Part shown: positions 50,009-59,564 of the stretch, one piece after another
Layout of the letters: each line of letters begins with the position of its first letter
How positions within the stretch are numbered: the stretch's first letter is position 1
Source of the DNA: Candidatus Limnocylindria bacterium
GTDB taxonomy: Bacteria > Chloroflexota > Limnocylindria > QHBO01
DNA: 64,000 bases
Assembly (NCBI GenBank): GCA_036397815.1
Contig: DASWIE010000083.1
Location: forward strand, 20,067-84,066
Direction: 5' to 3'
Translations under genes and position numbers: made by a program
Notes under the pieces: model-generated
What the model saw: only the letters and a program-made list of their open reading frames with translations
Database searches by the model: none
What the model was told of the DNA's origin: nothing

Positions 50009-50908
50009 ATGTCACCCTTGAACCTCGGCTTCCTGACCACCGGCCTGCTCACCGGCCTCCGCGAGGGGGTCGAGGCGGCACTCATCGTGAGCATCATCCT
50101 GGCCTATCTGTCGCGGACGGGGAACGCGCGGTACTTCGGGCGCATTTGGGCCGGAACCGCGGCCGCGATCGCCCTGAGCGTGGCCGTCGGCGTCGTCCTG
50201 TGGATCACGATCGGCGGGCTGACCGAACCGGCGGAGCAGATCTTCGAGGGCCTGGCCATGGTCCTGGCCGCCGGCGTCGTGACCTGGATGTTGTTCTGGA
50301 TGCGACGGACCGCGGCGAACATCCGCGGCGAGCTGGAGGCCGGCGTCGACCGCGCGCTGACCGACGGCAACGTCTGGGGACTGTCGATCCTGGCATTCAC
50401 CGCGGTCATCCGCGAGGGAATCGAGACCGCCCTCTTCCTGCTCGGCCAGACCACTGCGGCCGTGGATGCCGAAGCCGGGGCGGTGCCCACGCTGCTCGGC
50501 GCGGTGATCGGCCTGGCGCTCGCGGTCGGCATCGGTTACGGCCTTTACCACGGAGCCCGCATCATCAACCTGCGGACCTTCTTCCGCTGGACAGGCGTAG
50601 CGCTGATCTTCATCGCCGCCGGCCTGCTCAGCCACGCTGCGCACGAGTTCGTGGAGGCCGGCTGGATCACGTTCGGCACCTCGACCGCATTTGACATCAG
50701 CACCGTCCTGCCGCACGAGGGCGACGGCGCCGCGGCCGTCGTCGGCCAGCTGCTGCGAGCGCTCTTCGGATACAGCAGCTCGCCGGAGTGGATCACCCTG
50801 CTGGCCTGGCTGGCCTACCTGGTGGTGGTCCTGACGCTCTACCTGCGACCGATGAAGCCCACCGCGCCGCGGCCGCTGGCCGGCAGCCAGCCGGTCGTCG
50901 GCGGCTAA
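50009..50908 (+). CDS. FTR1/EfeU family iron permease
   Basis: Two REGxE motifs (LREGVEAAL, IREGIETAL) and 7 TM segments. ATG 50009 chosen; the ORF-track start at 49955 is possible. Confidence 0.8.
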   Translation: MSPLNLGFLTTGLLTGLREGVEAALIVSIILAYLSRTGNARYFGRIWAGTAAAIALSVAVGVVLWITIGGLTEPAEQIFEGLAMVLAAGVVTWMLFWMRRTAANIRGELEAGVDRALTDGNVWGLSILAFTAVIREGIETALFLLGQTTAAVDAEAGAVPTLLGAVIGLALAVGIGYGLYHGARIINLRTFFRWTGVALIFIAAGLLSHAAHEFVEAGWITFGTSTAFDISTVLPHEGDGAAAVVGQLLRALFGYSSSPEWITLLAWLAYLVVVLTLYLRPMKPTAPRPLAGSQPVVGG

Positions 50909-51666
50909 GCCGCCTGCACGAAGCCGAGCACCTCGCGCCAGGCGTCCTCCGAGGCGTTGGCGAACTCGGAGGCACGACGGTCGAAGAAGGAGTGCGGGGC
51001 GTCGGGGTAGACGACGGTCCGATGCTCTACGCCCGCGGCATCCAAAGCCTGGTCGTACGCCTCGCGCGCCTCGGCGGGGATCGCCTCGTCGGCGCCGCCG
51101 TAGATCGCCAGGACCGGGCACTCGAAGCGAGGCGCCTCGTCGGCGGGGGCCGCCAGCCCGGCCCGATGCGTGCCGACCGGCACGCCATAGAACGAGATCA
51201 CGCCGGCGAGGCCGTGCCCGGCGGCCGCCTGCAGCGAGCTGAGCCGTCCACCGAAGCAGAAGCCGATGGTATAGATCCGCTCGGCTGACCCTCCATCCGG
51301 CGAGCGAAGGTACGCGACCCCGGCCGACACGTCGGCGGTGAGCGTGGCGGCCTCGGTCTGCGCCACGTGGGGCATGTTGTCGAACCCCGCGGCACGGCGG
51401 CCGGTGCCGGCGGTGCGGCTGAAGTAATCAATGGCCAGAGCGTGCACTCCCGATTCGGCAAAGCGCAGGGCCAGCTCCTCGAAGAAGGGATGCAGGCCCC
51501 GCACATCGGGCAGGATCACGATGCCGGGAGCGTCAGCGCGCTCCGCCCGGGCGGCGTACGCGGCGACCGCTGTGCCATCTGCCGAGGTGAGGGTCACCTC
51601 GCCGGAGTCCGCCGCGGCGCCGCGAATCGGCGGAAGCGGCGGCCGCGCGTCGTGGTCGTAGCACAT
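50905..51666 (-). CDS. dienelactone hydrolase family protein
   Basis: 253 aa alpha/beta hydrolase. Nucleophile elbow GFCFGG, GIVILPDVRGL segment, C-terminal YPDAPHSF. Confidence 0.8.
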   Translation of the reverse strand: MCYDHDARPPLPPIRGAAADSGEVTLTSADGTAVAAYAARAERADAPGIVILPDVRGLHPFFEELALRFAESGVHALAIDYFSRTAGTGRRAAGFDNMPHVAQTEAATLTADVSAGVAYLRSPDGGSAERIYTIGFCFGGRLSSLQAAAGHGLAGVISFYGVPVGTHRAGLAAPADEAPRFECPVLAIYGGADEAIPAEAREAYDQALDAAGVEHRTVVYPDAPHSFFDRRASEFANASEDAWREVLGFVQAA

Positions 51667-51667
51667 G

Positions 51668-52825
51668 TCAGCCGACCTGCTGGATCGCGTACCAGGTGCC
51701 GACGACCAGGATGGCGGCCACCAGGACGTAGGCTCCGGCCCGCATGACGGCGGGAGTGCGAGAGGCCATCGTCCGCCCGTCCGGAGTGCGCCACAGGCCG
51801 CCCATGGTGGGAACGTTCCTTGGTGCCAGGAGCAGCCCGATCAGCACGCCGATCGCCAGCCCGCCCAGATGTCCGGTCCAGCTGATCTGCGGGATCGTGA
51901 ACGTGATCAGCAGGTTGATCAGCAGCAGGCCGCCGGCTTGAGAGAGGATCGCGCGGGCCTGCGGGCCGAGCAGCAGATGCCGGCGGCGCGAGACCACGAA
52001 GGCGAGGCCGAAGAGCCCGAAGATCGCGCCCGACGCGCCTGCCGCGGCCGAGTCAGGGGCCGCCACGATCGTCAGCACGCTGCCACCGGCGGCACACAGC
52101 AGGAACAGGACGGCGTACTCCACGTGGCCGTACAGCTGCTCCATGATCGGGCCGAACAGCCAGAGCGCATACATGTTGAAGGCGAGATGGAGGAGGCCCA
52201 GGTGCAGGAAGGCGCTGGTGAAGATGCGCCACCACTCGCCCTGGGCGACGGCCGGCGCGTAGATCAATCCCCGCTCGACCAAAGGGCCACCAGATCCGAA
52301 GAGCGAGAGGTCAGCGACGCCGGACAGCGCCATGTCGACCACGAACGCTCCCACGCAGATCGCCAGGATCGCCCAGGTCACGTAGGCCGGATAGGTGGCG
52401 TAGGCACCGCGCGCGCGGTTGAACTGGCGGCGGGCGGCGAAGTCGTGGCCCGTCTCCTTGAGCAGCCAGGCGATCCGGTTGGCGATCGCACCCCGCTCGT
52501 GAGCCGGCGCTCGCCGATCCGCCTCGCGGTAGGCGGCGATCGCCTCGTCCAGGTGTCCATCGCGGACCTGCTGCTCGGCGACGGAGCGCCATCCCAGCCA
52601 GGCCACCGGGCCGCCGGCATCGGCGGCTCGCTGCCATGCCTCCAGGGCACCAGGCTCGTCGTCGGTGCGGTACCTGGCGGCGCCGATCCCGAGCCATGCG
52701 CCACCTGCCAGCTCGGGATCCGGACTGCCGGTGAGCGTTTCCAGGATGCGAATCCCCGCCTCGGGGTCGCCACCGTCGATCAGGCGCTGCCCGTCGGCGA
52801 GGCGCTGGCGGAGTTCATCGGTCAT
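51668..52825 (-). CDS. rhomboid family intramembrane serine protease with N-terminal TPR-like domain
   Basis: Rhomboid motifs WWRIFTSAFLHLGLLHLAFNM, GASGAIFG and GHLGG. ATG 52823-52825 (MTDELRQ) lies 9 nt after a GATAAT box. Confidence 0.8.
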   Translation of the reverse strand: MTDELRQRLADGQRLIDGGDPEAGIRILETLTGSPDPELAGGAWLGIGAARYRTDDEPGALEAWQRAADAGGPVAWLGWRSVAEQQVRDGHLDEAIAAYREADRRAPAHERGAIANRIAWLLKETGHDFAARRQFNRARGAYATYPAYVTWAILAICVGAFVVDMALSGVADLSLFGSGGPLVERGLIYAPAVAQGEWWRIFTSAFLHLGLLHLAFNMYALWLFGPIMEQLYGHVEYAVLFLLCAAGGSVLTIVAAPDSAAAGASGAIFGLFGLAFVVSRRRHLLLGPQARAILSQAGGLLLINLLITFTIPQISWTGHLGGLAIGVLIGLLLAPRNVPTMGGLWRTPDGRTMASRTPAVMRAGAYVLVAAILVVGTWYAIQQVG

Positions 52826-52853
52826 CGGTCGCGCATTATCCCAGACAGCGAGC

Positions 52854-52883
52854 GACCGTCGAGAGATTGGCACCTCGACGGTC
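52854..52883 (-). terminator. perfect 10-bp stem hairpin downstream of the HTH gene
   Basis: GACCGTCGAG (52854-52863) and CTCGACGGTC (52874-52883) with a 10-nt loop. No U-tract. Confidence 0.35.
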
Positions 52884-52953
52884 GTTCGCGCGCCCCCCTG
52901 ACAGGGAACGAGCCGCCCGGCGTGGGTCCGGGACGGCTATTCAGTGAGTCGGA

Positions 52954-53139
52954 CTACTTCTCGCGCCGCAGGAAGTCCACCACGTCGTCGTAGCGGAAGC
53001 GACGGTCGCCGCGGCTCGTGACGCGGAAGAACGGCAGCTCGCCGCGATCGCCCAGCCGCTTGACCGTGTTGACGTGCAGGTGCAGCATCTCGGCGACCTC
53101 GGACGCCGTGAGCAGCTTTCCGACCTCGTTTGTGAACAT
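52954..53139 (-). CDS. excisionase/MerR-like helix-turn-helix DNA-binding protein (61 aa)
   Basis: LLTASEVAEMLHLHVNTVKRLGDRGELPFFRV is the HTH_17 / excisionase-family pattern. Stand-alone; no integrase nearby. Confidence 0.7.
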   Translation of the reverse strand: MFTNEVGKLLTASEVAEMLHLHVNTVKRLGDRGELPFFRVTSRGDRRFRYDDVVDFLRREK

Positions 53140-53292
53140 CGGTGGCTGTTGCCTCTACCAGAACGGTGCATTACGGCCGCGCACGTGGCGCTTCGGTGCG
53201 GACGGCGCGGCTTCTGGCCGGATAGTAAGGTTGAGGTGCCTTCGGGAGTCCCGGTACTTTCGGTCCGACCATGGGGGTACGTTCCGTCTCCG

Positions 53293-53679
53293 ATGCCCGT
53301 CTTCGAACGACACGTCTTCGTCTGCACCCGGGGTGAGTGGTGCCCCTCGGTTGACGGCGACGGGATCGGCGTGCACGCCGCGTTGAAGGCGGCGGCTCGC
53401 GACGCCGGCCTGACCGGCCGGGTCCGAATCAACCACTCCGGCTGCTTCAGCCAGTGCGGCAATGGACCGATGGCGGTGGTCTATCCCGATGCTGTCTGGT
53501 ACGCCGCCCTGACACCGGCCGATGCGGACGAGATCGTGCGCGAGCACCTGGTCGCAGGACGGCCCGTCGAGCGGCTGCGCTACGACCCGGACACGATGGG
53601 CGCCCACCAGCTGGAGCGCGAGCCCGATGGGCGGCCGATCGGCCGCACCGCTCCGTGGCCGGCCGGCGGAGAGCGGTGA
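53293..53679 (+). CDS. thioredoxin-like [2Fe-2S] ferredoxin
   Basis: Start MPVFERHVFVC (ATG 53293). Cys pattern C-x5-C ... C-x3-C (FVCTRGEWC ... GCFSQCGNGP) and VVYPDAVWY. Confidence 0.7.
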   Translation: MPVFERHVFVCTRGEWCPSVDGDGIGVHAALKAAARDAGLTGRVRINHSGCFSQCGNGPMAVVYPDAVWYAALTPADADEIVREHLVAGRPVERLRYDPDTMGAHQLEREPDGRPIGRTAPWPAGGER

Positions 53680-54626
53680 GCGACCGGCTGCCGCCGGAGG
53701 TGCAGGCGCTCCTCGACCAGCGATCCGCGGCTCGCGCGGCGCGCGATTGGACCACCGCCGACGCGCTCCGCGACCGGCTTGGCGAGCTCGGCTGGGAGCC
53801 GATCGACGGGCCGCGCGGCTCGCGGGCGCGCCCGCGGCTGCCCGTCTCCCCAGCCCCAGAGCTGGTCTCGCTGCTGGACGAACCAGCCTCGCTGGCGACG
53901 AGCGTGCTGTTGATCGCCGACGAGCACGGTGACGACCTGGCGCGCTTCCTGGCCGGCATGGCCGCGCACCGGCCTCCGGACATCGGCTGGGAGCTCCTGG
54001 TCGTCGGCAACTCCCCAAGCTACGACCTCGACGCGGTGCTCTCAGCCGCCGGCCAGGCGGCGACCATCCTGCCAAGCGGCGAGCGGCTGGGTTGGGCGGA
54101 CGCAGCCAACCTCGGGCTGCGCCGCGCGCGCGGCGCGGTCGTCGCAATGGTCGACACCTCGCTGGAGCCGACCGGCGACTGGCTGACGCCGCTGCTGGCA
54201 GCCTTCGATGACGCCACGGTCGGGATCGCAGGCCCGTGGGGCGTGAGCAGCACGAACGGCCGCGAGTTCGCCGAGGCGCCGCCGGGTGCGGTGGACGCGG
54301 TCGAGGCGTACTGCCTGGCCGTCCGGCGCGACGCGCTGCGGGCGGCGGGCGGGGGCTTCGACCACCGATTCCGCTTCTATCGCAACGCGGACCTCGACCT
54401 CTCGTTCGCCGTGCGCGCCGCTGGCTGGCGAGCGATCCGCACCGAGCCGTTGCCGCTGGCCCGCCACGAGCACCGCGGCTACGCCTCGCTGCCTGAAAGG
54501 GAGCGCGACCGGCTGAGCCGGCGCAACTTCTACCGCTTCCTGAAGCACTGGGGCGATCGGCGCGACCTGCTCATCCACCCCGCGCCCCGACCCGGGCCGC
54601 GCCAGTCGCGCGACGAGCGGGACTGA
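53676..54626 (+). CDS. GT2 family glycosyltransferase with N-terminal CysRS C-terminal-domain-like module
   Basis: GTG 53676 overlaps the ferredoxin stop. The first ~45 aa (PPEVQALLDQRSAARAARDWTTADALRDRLGELGWEPIDGPRG) match the extreme C-terminus of bacterial CysRS. The rest is GT2-like (VVAMVDTSLEP, FYRNADLDLSF). Confidence 0.7.
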   Translation: MSDRLPPEVQALLDQRSAARAARDWTTADALRDRLGELGWEPIDGPRGSRARPRLPVSPAPELVSLLDEPASLATSVLLIADEHGDDLARFLAGMAAHRPPDIGWELLVVGNSPSYDLDAVLSAAGQAATILPSGERLGWADAANLGLRRARGAVVAMVDTSLEPTGDWLTPLLAAFDDATVGIAGPWGVSSTNGREFAEAPPGAVDAVEAYCLAVRRDALRAAGGGFDHRFRFYRNADLDLSFAVRAAGWRAIRTEPLPLARHEHRGYASLPERERDRLSRRNFYRFLKHWGDRRDLLIHPAPRPGPRQSRDERD

Positions 54627-54629
54627 CCG

Positions 54630-54923
54630 ATGCCGAAACACCGCGTCCACATCCTTCCCTGGCTGCGGCGCCCGGGCAGCCTCCTCCTGATTCCGGACTG
54701 GCTGGCGATCACCTTCGGCCGCGACATCTTCGCGTGGCGCCGCATGAACGCCAGCGAGCTCGCGCACGAGCTTGCCCACGTACGCCAGTGGGAGCGGTAC
54801 GGCTGGTCGTTCGGCCTCCGCTACCTCGCCGCCTGTGTGAGCTCGTGGCGCGCGGGGACTGGCTTCTATCAGGGCAACGGATTCGAGGTGGAGGCGCGGG
54901 AGGCCGCCGAGCGGGCCGGCTAG
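54630..54923 (+). CDS. small HExxH protein (DUF4157-like putative metallopeptidase)
   Basis: 97 aa. ELAHELAHVRQWE contains HExxH in the context typical of DUF4157 domains. Confidence 0.45.
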   Translation: MPKHRVHILPWLRRPGSLLLIPDWLAITFGRDIFAWRRMNASELAHELAHVRQWERYGWSFGLRYLAACVSSWRAGTGFYQGNGFEVEAREAAERAG

Positions 54924-54930
54924 CGAGCCA

Positions 54931-55254
54931 CTACCGGTGGCCCTCCAGGCAGGTGCAGCCGGCGGGCCCGACCACCGCAGCGTGCGGCGTGCCCGGCGGG
55001 AGCACGAAGCCCTCGCCGGGCCTGAGCTCAACCGGGATCGCATCGGTTCCAACCAGGAACGTGATCGACCCTGCGGCACAGACGAGGAGCTTCGTGTACG
55101 AGTGCTCGTGCACGCCGTAGCGGTCGTTCGGACCATTCGACCACGCGCTGGGCTCCACCCCGGCATCACGCAGCAGCTGCGCGACGCTGGCAGTGGTTGG
55201 CGGCTCTTCGCGATCCCAGTCGAGCGGTGTCAGGGGCAGGGGCAGAGGACCCAT
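54931..55254 (-). CDS. cupin domain protein
   Basis: Last 107 codons of ORF 54931..56904, starting MGPLPLPL (ATG 55252-55254, overlapping the permease stop). Cupin motifs YGVHEHSYTKLLVC and PPGTPHAA. Confidence 0.65.
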   Translation of the reverse strand: MGPLPLPLTPLDWDREEPPTTASVAQLLRDAGVEPSAWSNGPNDRYGVHEHSYTKLLVCAAGSITFLVGTDAIPVELRPGEGFVLPPGTPHAAVVGPAGCTCLEGHR

Positions 55255-56054
55255 CAGCGAGTCACGGTCGCAGTCTCCGCGCCGATCCGCTGAGCCAGGT
55301 AGACGGGAATCACCGAAAGCAGGATCAGGAAGAGCGCCACGACGTTCACGACGGGCAGCTCGTTGGGGCGCTGGATGGCGCTCAGGATCCAGAGCGGGAT
55401 CGTCTCCGTCCCCGGCCCGGCGGTGAAGTTGGTGACGATCACCTCGTCGAACGAGAGCGCGAAGGCGAGCAGGCCGCCGGAGAGGAGCGCCGTCCGCATC
55501 ATCGGCAGCGTGATGCGTCGGAAGGTCTGCCAGGTGTCCGCGCCCAGGTCGGCCGAAGCCTCCTCCGCGGAGCGAGGGAGACGCCGGAGCCGGGCCAGCA
55601 CGTTGTTGTAGGCGATCACCACGCAGAAGGTGGCATGGCCGATGATGATGGTCGGCAGCCCAAATCTGATCCCGATCGTCTTGAACGTGGCGGCCAGGGC
55701 GATGCCGGTCACCACCCCGGGAAGCGCGATCGGCAGGATGACGAGGAACGAGATCGTCTCGCGCCCGAAGAACCGGTAGCGCTGCACGGCGAGAGCCAAG
55801 GCGGTGCCAAGCACCAGGGCGATGGCGGTGGCGCCGGCCGCCGCGACGATCGACGTGCCGAGCGCCTCGAGCACGCTCCCGCTGGTCGCGGCCTCCGCGA
55901 ACCAGCGCAGCGACAGTCCGGCGGGCGGCCAAACCTGCGATCGGCTGGCGTTGAAGGCGTAGACCGCCAGCACGACGAGCGGCAGGTAGATGAAGGCCAG
56001 GGTCACGCCGGTCATGATCCGCAGGCCGATCCGCACCCAGCCCGATTCCAGCAT
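55254..56054 (-). CDS. polyamine-type ABC transporter permease (PotC-like)
   Basis: 266 aa, 6 TM segments, EAA loop EEASADLGA. Confidence 0.85.
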   Translation of the reverse strand: MLESGWVRIGLRIMTGVTLAFIYLPLVVLAVYAFNASRSQVWPPAGLSLRWFAEAATSGSVLEALGTSIVAAAGATAIALVLGTALALAVQRYRFFGRETISFLVILPIALPGVVTGIALAATFKTIGIRFGLPTIIIGHATFCVVIAYNNVLARLRRLPRSAEEASADLGADTWQTFRRITLPMMRTALLSGGLLAFALSFDEVIVTNFTAGPGTETIPLWILSAIQRPNELPVVNVVALFLILLSVIPVYLAQRIGAETATVTR

Positions 56055-56063
56055 CGCTCAGCC

Positions 56064-56954
56064 CTACAGGGATTCGAACGCGCCAAGGCGGCGCGCGATC
56101 AGCAGGTACGCGACCATCACGATGATCGGCACGAATGAGAAGGCGGCCGCCAGCGGCAGGCTGCCCAGGCTCGAATTGTCGTAGATGACATTTCCGATGA
56201 ACTTGGTGTGGGACACCATGGTTGGCGTGATGTAGTCCCCCAGCGTCAGCGAGAAGGTGAAGATCGAGCCCGCCACGACCGCCGGCAGCACCAGCGGCAC
56301 GATGACACGGCGGAAGGTGGTGCCCGCCTTCGCCCCGAGGTCGGAGGAGGCCTCGAGCAGTGACCCCGGGATGCGTTCCAGCCCGGCGTAGATCGGCAGG
56401 ATCATGTACGGCAGCCACAGGTAGCTGAGCACGACCCATGAGTTCGCCACCTGGTTGAGCCCCGGCCCGCTCAGGCCGAACGGCTCTAGCGCCCAGTCGA
56501 GCAGCCCGTTGCCCTGCAGGATGACGCGCCAGGCGTAGACCTTGACCAGGTACGAGCCCCAGAGGGGCATCAGCACCGCCACCACCAGGAAGCCCCGCGT
56601 GCCGCGCGACGCGACGCGGGCCATGTAGTAGGCGATCGGGAAGGCCAGCAGGATGTCGGTCAGGGTGACGGCGACCGCCATGCCCAGCGTGCGGAGGGCG
56701 ATGGTGCGATACACCTCCACCGTGAGCAGCGTCTGGAACGACTCGAGCGTGAAGGTGGGCACGACGCGGCCGCTGAACGAATCGGTCGTCCAGAAGGCGT
56801 TGAGCAGCAGGATCGCGAGCGAGCCGAGATAGGCGATCACCAGCCAGCCAACTGGTCCGGCCAGCAGCGTGCCGAGCTGGAGCCGCGGATGCCGATGCAG
56901 CCATGTCGCTAGCCGCCGGCCAAAGCCGGGCGGGGGTACCGCGTGGGTGGTCAT
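56064..56954 (-). CDS. polyamine-type ABC transporter permease (PotB-like)
   Basis: 296 aa, 6 TM segments, EAA loop LEASSDLGA. Confidence 0.85.
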   Translation of the reverse strand: MTTHAVPPPGFGRRLATWLHRHPRLQLGTLLAGPVGWLVIAYLGSLAILLLNAFWTTDSFSGRVVPTFTLESFQTLLTVEVYRTIALRTLGMAVAVTLTDILLAFPIAYYMARVASRGTRGFLVVAVLMPLWGSYLVKVYAWRVILQGNGLLDWALEPFGLSGPGLNQVANSWVVLSYLWLPYMILPIYAGLERIPGSLLEASSDLGAKAGTTFRRVIVPLVLPAVVAGSIFTFSLTLGDYITPTMVSHTKFIGNVIYDNSSLGSLPLAAAFSFVPIIVMVAYLLIARRLGAFESL

Positions 56955-57037
56955 CGGTTCGCTCCAGGCGAGAAGCTCCCCGGAAGGCGGACCTCCCGGG
57001 GAGCCATGATCAGCCTCGGTGGGTCAGGCGGCCGGGA

Positions 57038-58219
57038 TCAGCTGCCCGTCACCTCGGTCCATGCCTGGACCCATGCGTCCCAGTCCTTGCAGGTCGTCGC
57101 CTCGTCATCGTCGGCGCAGTCCGCCTGCGGGGTGGTCCAGAACTTGATCTTCGAGAAGTAGTCCTCATCGGTCGCGTGGAAGGTCTCGCAGTGGCCCGCG
57201 TACGCTCCGTCGAGGATCGTTTCGGCCGCGTCGCACGCAGCTTGGCTGGTGGGCGCCTCGCCGAAGTAGATGGTCGCCATCGCGCTCGTCTCCGGATCGA
57301 GCATCCAGTTCATCCAGCGGTACATGCAGCCCGGGTGGGCGGCATCCTTGGCGATCATCCAGGTGTCTGACCAGCCGGTCGAGCCTTCCTCCGGCAGGGT
57401 GATCCCAACCGGGGCATCCGGATCATCGGCCGTGATTGTGTTGTACTGGTACTGCCAGGTCGTTCCGGCCAGCATGTCGCCGGAGCCGAACGAGGTGATC
57501 TGATCGGTCGCCAGGCCCCAGTACTCGCCCACGATCTCCTTCTGCTCCTTCAGCAGGTCGACCGCCGCGTTGAACTGCTCCTCGTTGAGCTGGTACGGAT
57601 TCGTGATCGCCAGGTCGGGATTCGTGTTCATCAGGCGCATGGCGGCATCGGCGATGTAGATCGCGTAGTTGTAGATGCTGACCTTGCCGACTGCCGGCGA
57701 GCTCGCATCCCACACCGCGTCCCAGGTGGTGGGCGCTTCGGTGAAGGTGTCGGTGTTGTACATCAGGAGGTTGGCGCCGCGGCCGTGCGGGACGCCGTAC
57801 GGGACGCCGTCGACCGTGTTGTGGGGTTGACCCTTGAGGGCTTCGAAGACGCCCTCGTAGTTCGGGATCAGTGACAGGTTGACCGGCGCGACCGTGCCAG
57901 CCGCGATCATGCGCAGCGTGGCGTCGCCAGATGCCGACACGCCGTCGTACTGGCCGGTCGCCATGAGCGACACCATGTTCGCCGAGTCGACCCCGTCCGT
58001 GGTCTCGACCTGGCAGCCGGTCTCTGCCTCGAACGGCGTCACCCAGTCGAATTCGGGAAAGCTGGATCCGTCCTCGGCGTACCCAACCCAGATCACCAGG
58101 TTGAGTGCATCCTCCGCCTCCGGAAGCTCAGTCAGCGCACCCTCCGGCACGCTGGTGTTGCAGGCCGCAACCATCAGACCGATGGTTGCCACGATCGTCG
58201 GGATTCGCAGTCTCCTCAT
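57038..58219 (-). CDS. ABC transporter substrate-binding lipoprotein (PotD/PotF-like)
   Basis: Lipobox in MRRLRIPTIVATIGLMVAAC. Family-1 solute-binding body. The start overlaps the ATPase stop by 4 nt. Confidence 0.8.
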   Translation of the reverse strand: MRRLRIPTIVATIGLMVAACNTSVPEGALTELPEAEDALNLVIWVGYAEDGSSFPEFDWVTPFEAETGCQVETTDGVDSANMVSLMATGQYDGVSASGDATLRMIAAGTVAPVNLSLIPNYEGVFEALKGQPHNTVDGVPYGVPHGRGANLLMYNTDTFTEAPTTWDAVWDASSPAVGKVSIYNYAIYIADAAMRLMNTNPDLAITNPYQLNEEQFNAAVDLLKEQKEIVGEYWGLATDQITSFGSGDMLAGTTWQYQYNTITADDPDAPVGITLPEEGSTGWSDTWMIAKDAAHPGCMYRWMNWMLDPETSAMATIYFGEAPTSQAACDAAETILDGAYAGHCETFHATDEDYFSKIKFWTTPQADCADDDEATTCKDWDAWVQAWTEVTGS

Positions 58220-59340
58220 TGACTCTCCGCTCCCTCTACTGCCCCCGTTGTGGTCTCGGCCCCGGACAGGGCCAGGACGTGATGCCGCTTCCAGGTGAGC
58301 CGGACCGACCGGCCCTCGGCGGCGAGTGCCTCCATCGATGACGTCTGCAGGTTCTGCTGGGTCACGACAAGCTCGCTGCCAGCGTCGAGCGCAACGATGT
58401 ACCGGGTGTCCGACCCCAGGTAGACGACCTGGCGCACGCGCCCCAGCGCCGACTGCTCGTCCGGAGCCGGCGGATCGGACTTATCACCCATGCGGATCTT
58501 CTCCGGCCGAACGGTGTAGACGCCTTCGGCACCGATGATCGCCACCGCGGCCTCGCCGCGCAGCAGGTTGGAGGTCCCGACAAATCCGGCGACGAATGGG
58601 GTTGCCGGATGCTCGTATACCTCGGCCGGGCTCCCGACCTGCTCGACCAGGCCGCGGTTGAACACGGCCAGGCGGTCGCTCATGGTGAGCGCCTCCTCCT
58701 GGTCGTGGGTGACATAGACAAAGGTGATGCCCACCTGCGCCTGGATCGTCTTCAGCTCGATCTGCATCTCCTCGCGCAGCTTCAGGTCGAGCGCGCCCAG
58801 CGGTTCGTCGAGCAGCAGCACACGAGGGCGATTCACCAGGGCACGAGCCAGGGCCACCCGTTGGCGCTGGCCGCCCGAGAGTTGCGCCGGACGACGCCCC
58901 TGGAAATCTTCGAGCCGGACCATCCGCAGTGCCTCGCGCATCCGCGTGTCGCGCTCACCGCGCGGCACGTTGCGCACCGCCAGCCCGTACGCCACGTTGT
59001 CGCCGACCGACATGTGCGGGAAGAGGGCGTAGTCCTGGAACACGGTGTTGACGTCGCGGTCGAAGGGCGGCACGCCGGTCACGTCCCGTCCGTGGAGCAG
59101 GACTCGACCCTCTGACGGAGTCTCGAAGCCGGCGATCATGCGCAGCGTCGTCGTCTTGCCGGAGCCGGATGGTCCGAGCATGGAGAAGAACTCGCCGTCG
59201 CCGATCTGCAGATCGATCCCGGCGACCGCAACGACGTCGCCGTAGCGCTTGACGAGGCGCTCGAGATTGACCGCCGCGACATTCGCGGACGCGTTGGATC
59301 CCACGACCGCGGTGGCATGCGTGCCGGGGGGTGAGGGCAT
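58216..59340 (-). CDS. polyamine-type ABC transporter ATP-binding protein (PotA-like)
   Basis: ATG 59338-59340 (MPSPPG). Walker A GPSGSGKTT, LSGGQRQRV, LLLDEPLGALD, and a C-terminal TOBE-like domain. Confidence 0.9.
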   Translation of the reverse strand: MPSPPGTHATAVVGSNASANVAAVNLERLVKRYGDVVAVAGIDLQIGDGEFFSMLGPSGSGKTTTLRMIAGFETPSEGRVLLHGRDVTGVPPFDRDVNTVFQDYALFPHMSVGDNVAYGLAVRNVPRGERDTRMREALRMVRLEDFQGRRPAQLSGGQRQRVALARALVNRPRVLLLDEPLGALDLKLREEMQIELKTIQAQVGITFVYVTHDQEEALTMSDRLAVFNRGLVEQVGSPAEVYEHPATPFVAGFVGTSNLLRGEAAVAIIGAEGVYTVRPEKIRMGDKSDPPAPDEQSALGRVRQVVYLGSDTRYIVALDAGSELVVTQQNLQTSSMEALAAEGRSVRLTWKRHHVLALSGAETTTGAVEGAESQ

Positions 59341-59551
59341 CGGTTCGACGGCCACGCAGGTCCTCGAGGACGCTCGGAGGCGCGCCCGCGCCGGCGTGCC
59401 CGGCAGCTCAGGGGGCGCTCCGAGGATTGGCGCACTGTGCGGTTTGGGCGCCGTCCGTGTCAAGCCGCTTTCCGCAGCCCACAACCGGATGCGCTCAGTG
59501 ATTCGCAGCGATGGCGGAGCCGCGTCGCGGAAACCGCAATGATCGCCTTGG

Positions 59552-59557
59552 TAGAGT
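59552..59557 (+). promoter_or_regulatory. putative -10 box TAGAGT, 7 nt upstream of the ATG (leaderless-type)
   Basis: TAGAGT-CGCGGTG-ATG in front of the EamA transporter gene. Confidence 0.35.
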
Positions 59558-59564
59558 CGCGGTG

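Noticed and set aside
52954-53139. Excisionase-type HTH gene as a marker of an integrated mobile element or prophage
   Set aside because: There is no integrase, tRNA, att-like direct repeat, phage gene or compositional shift in the flanks. Stand-alone HTH_17-type regulators are common.
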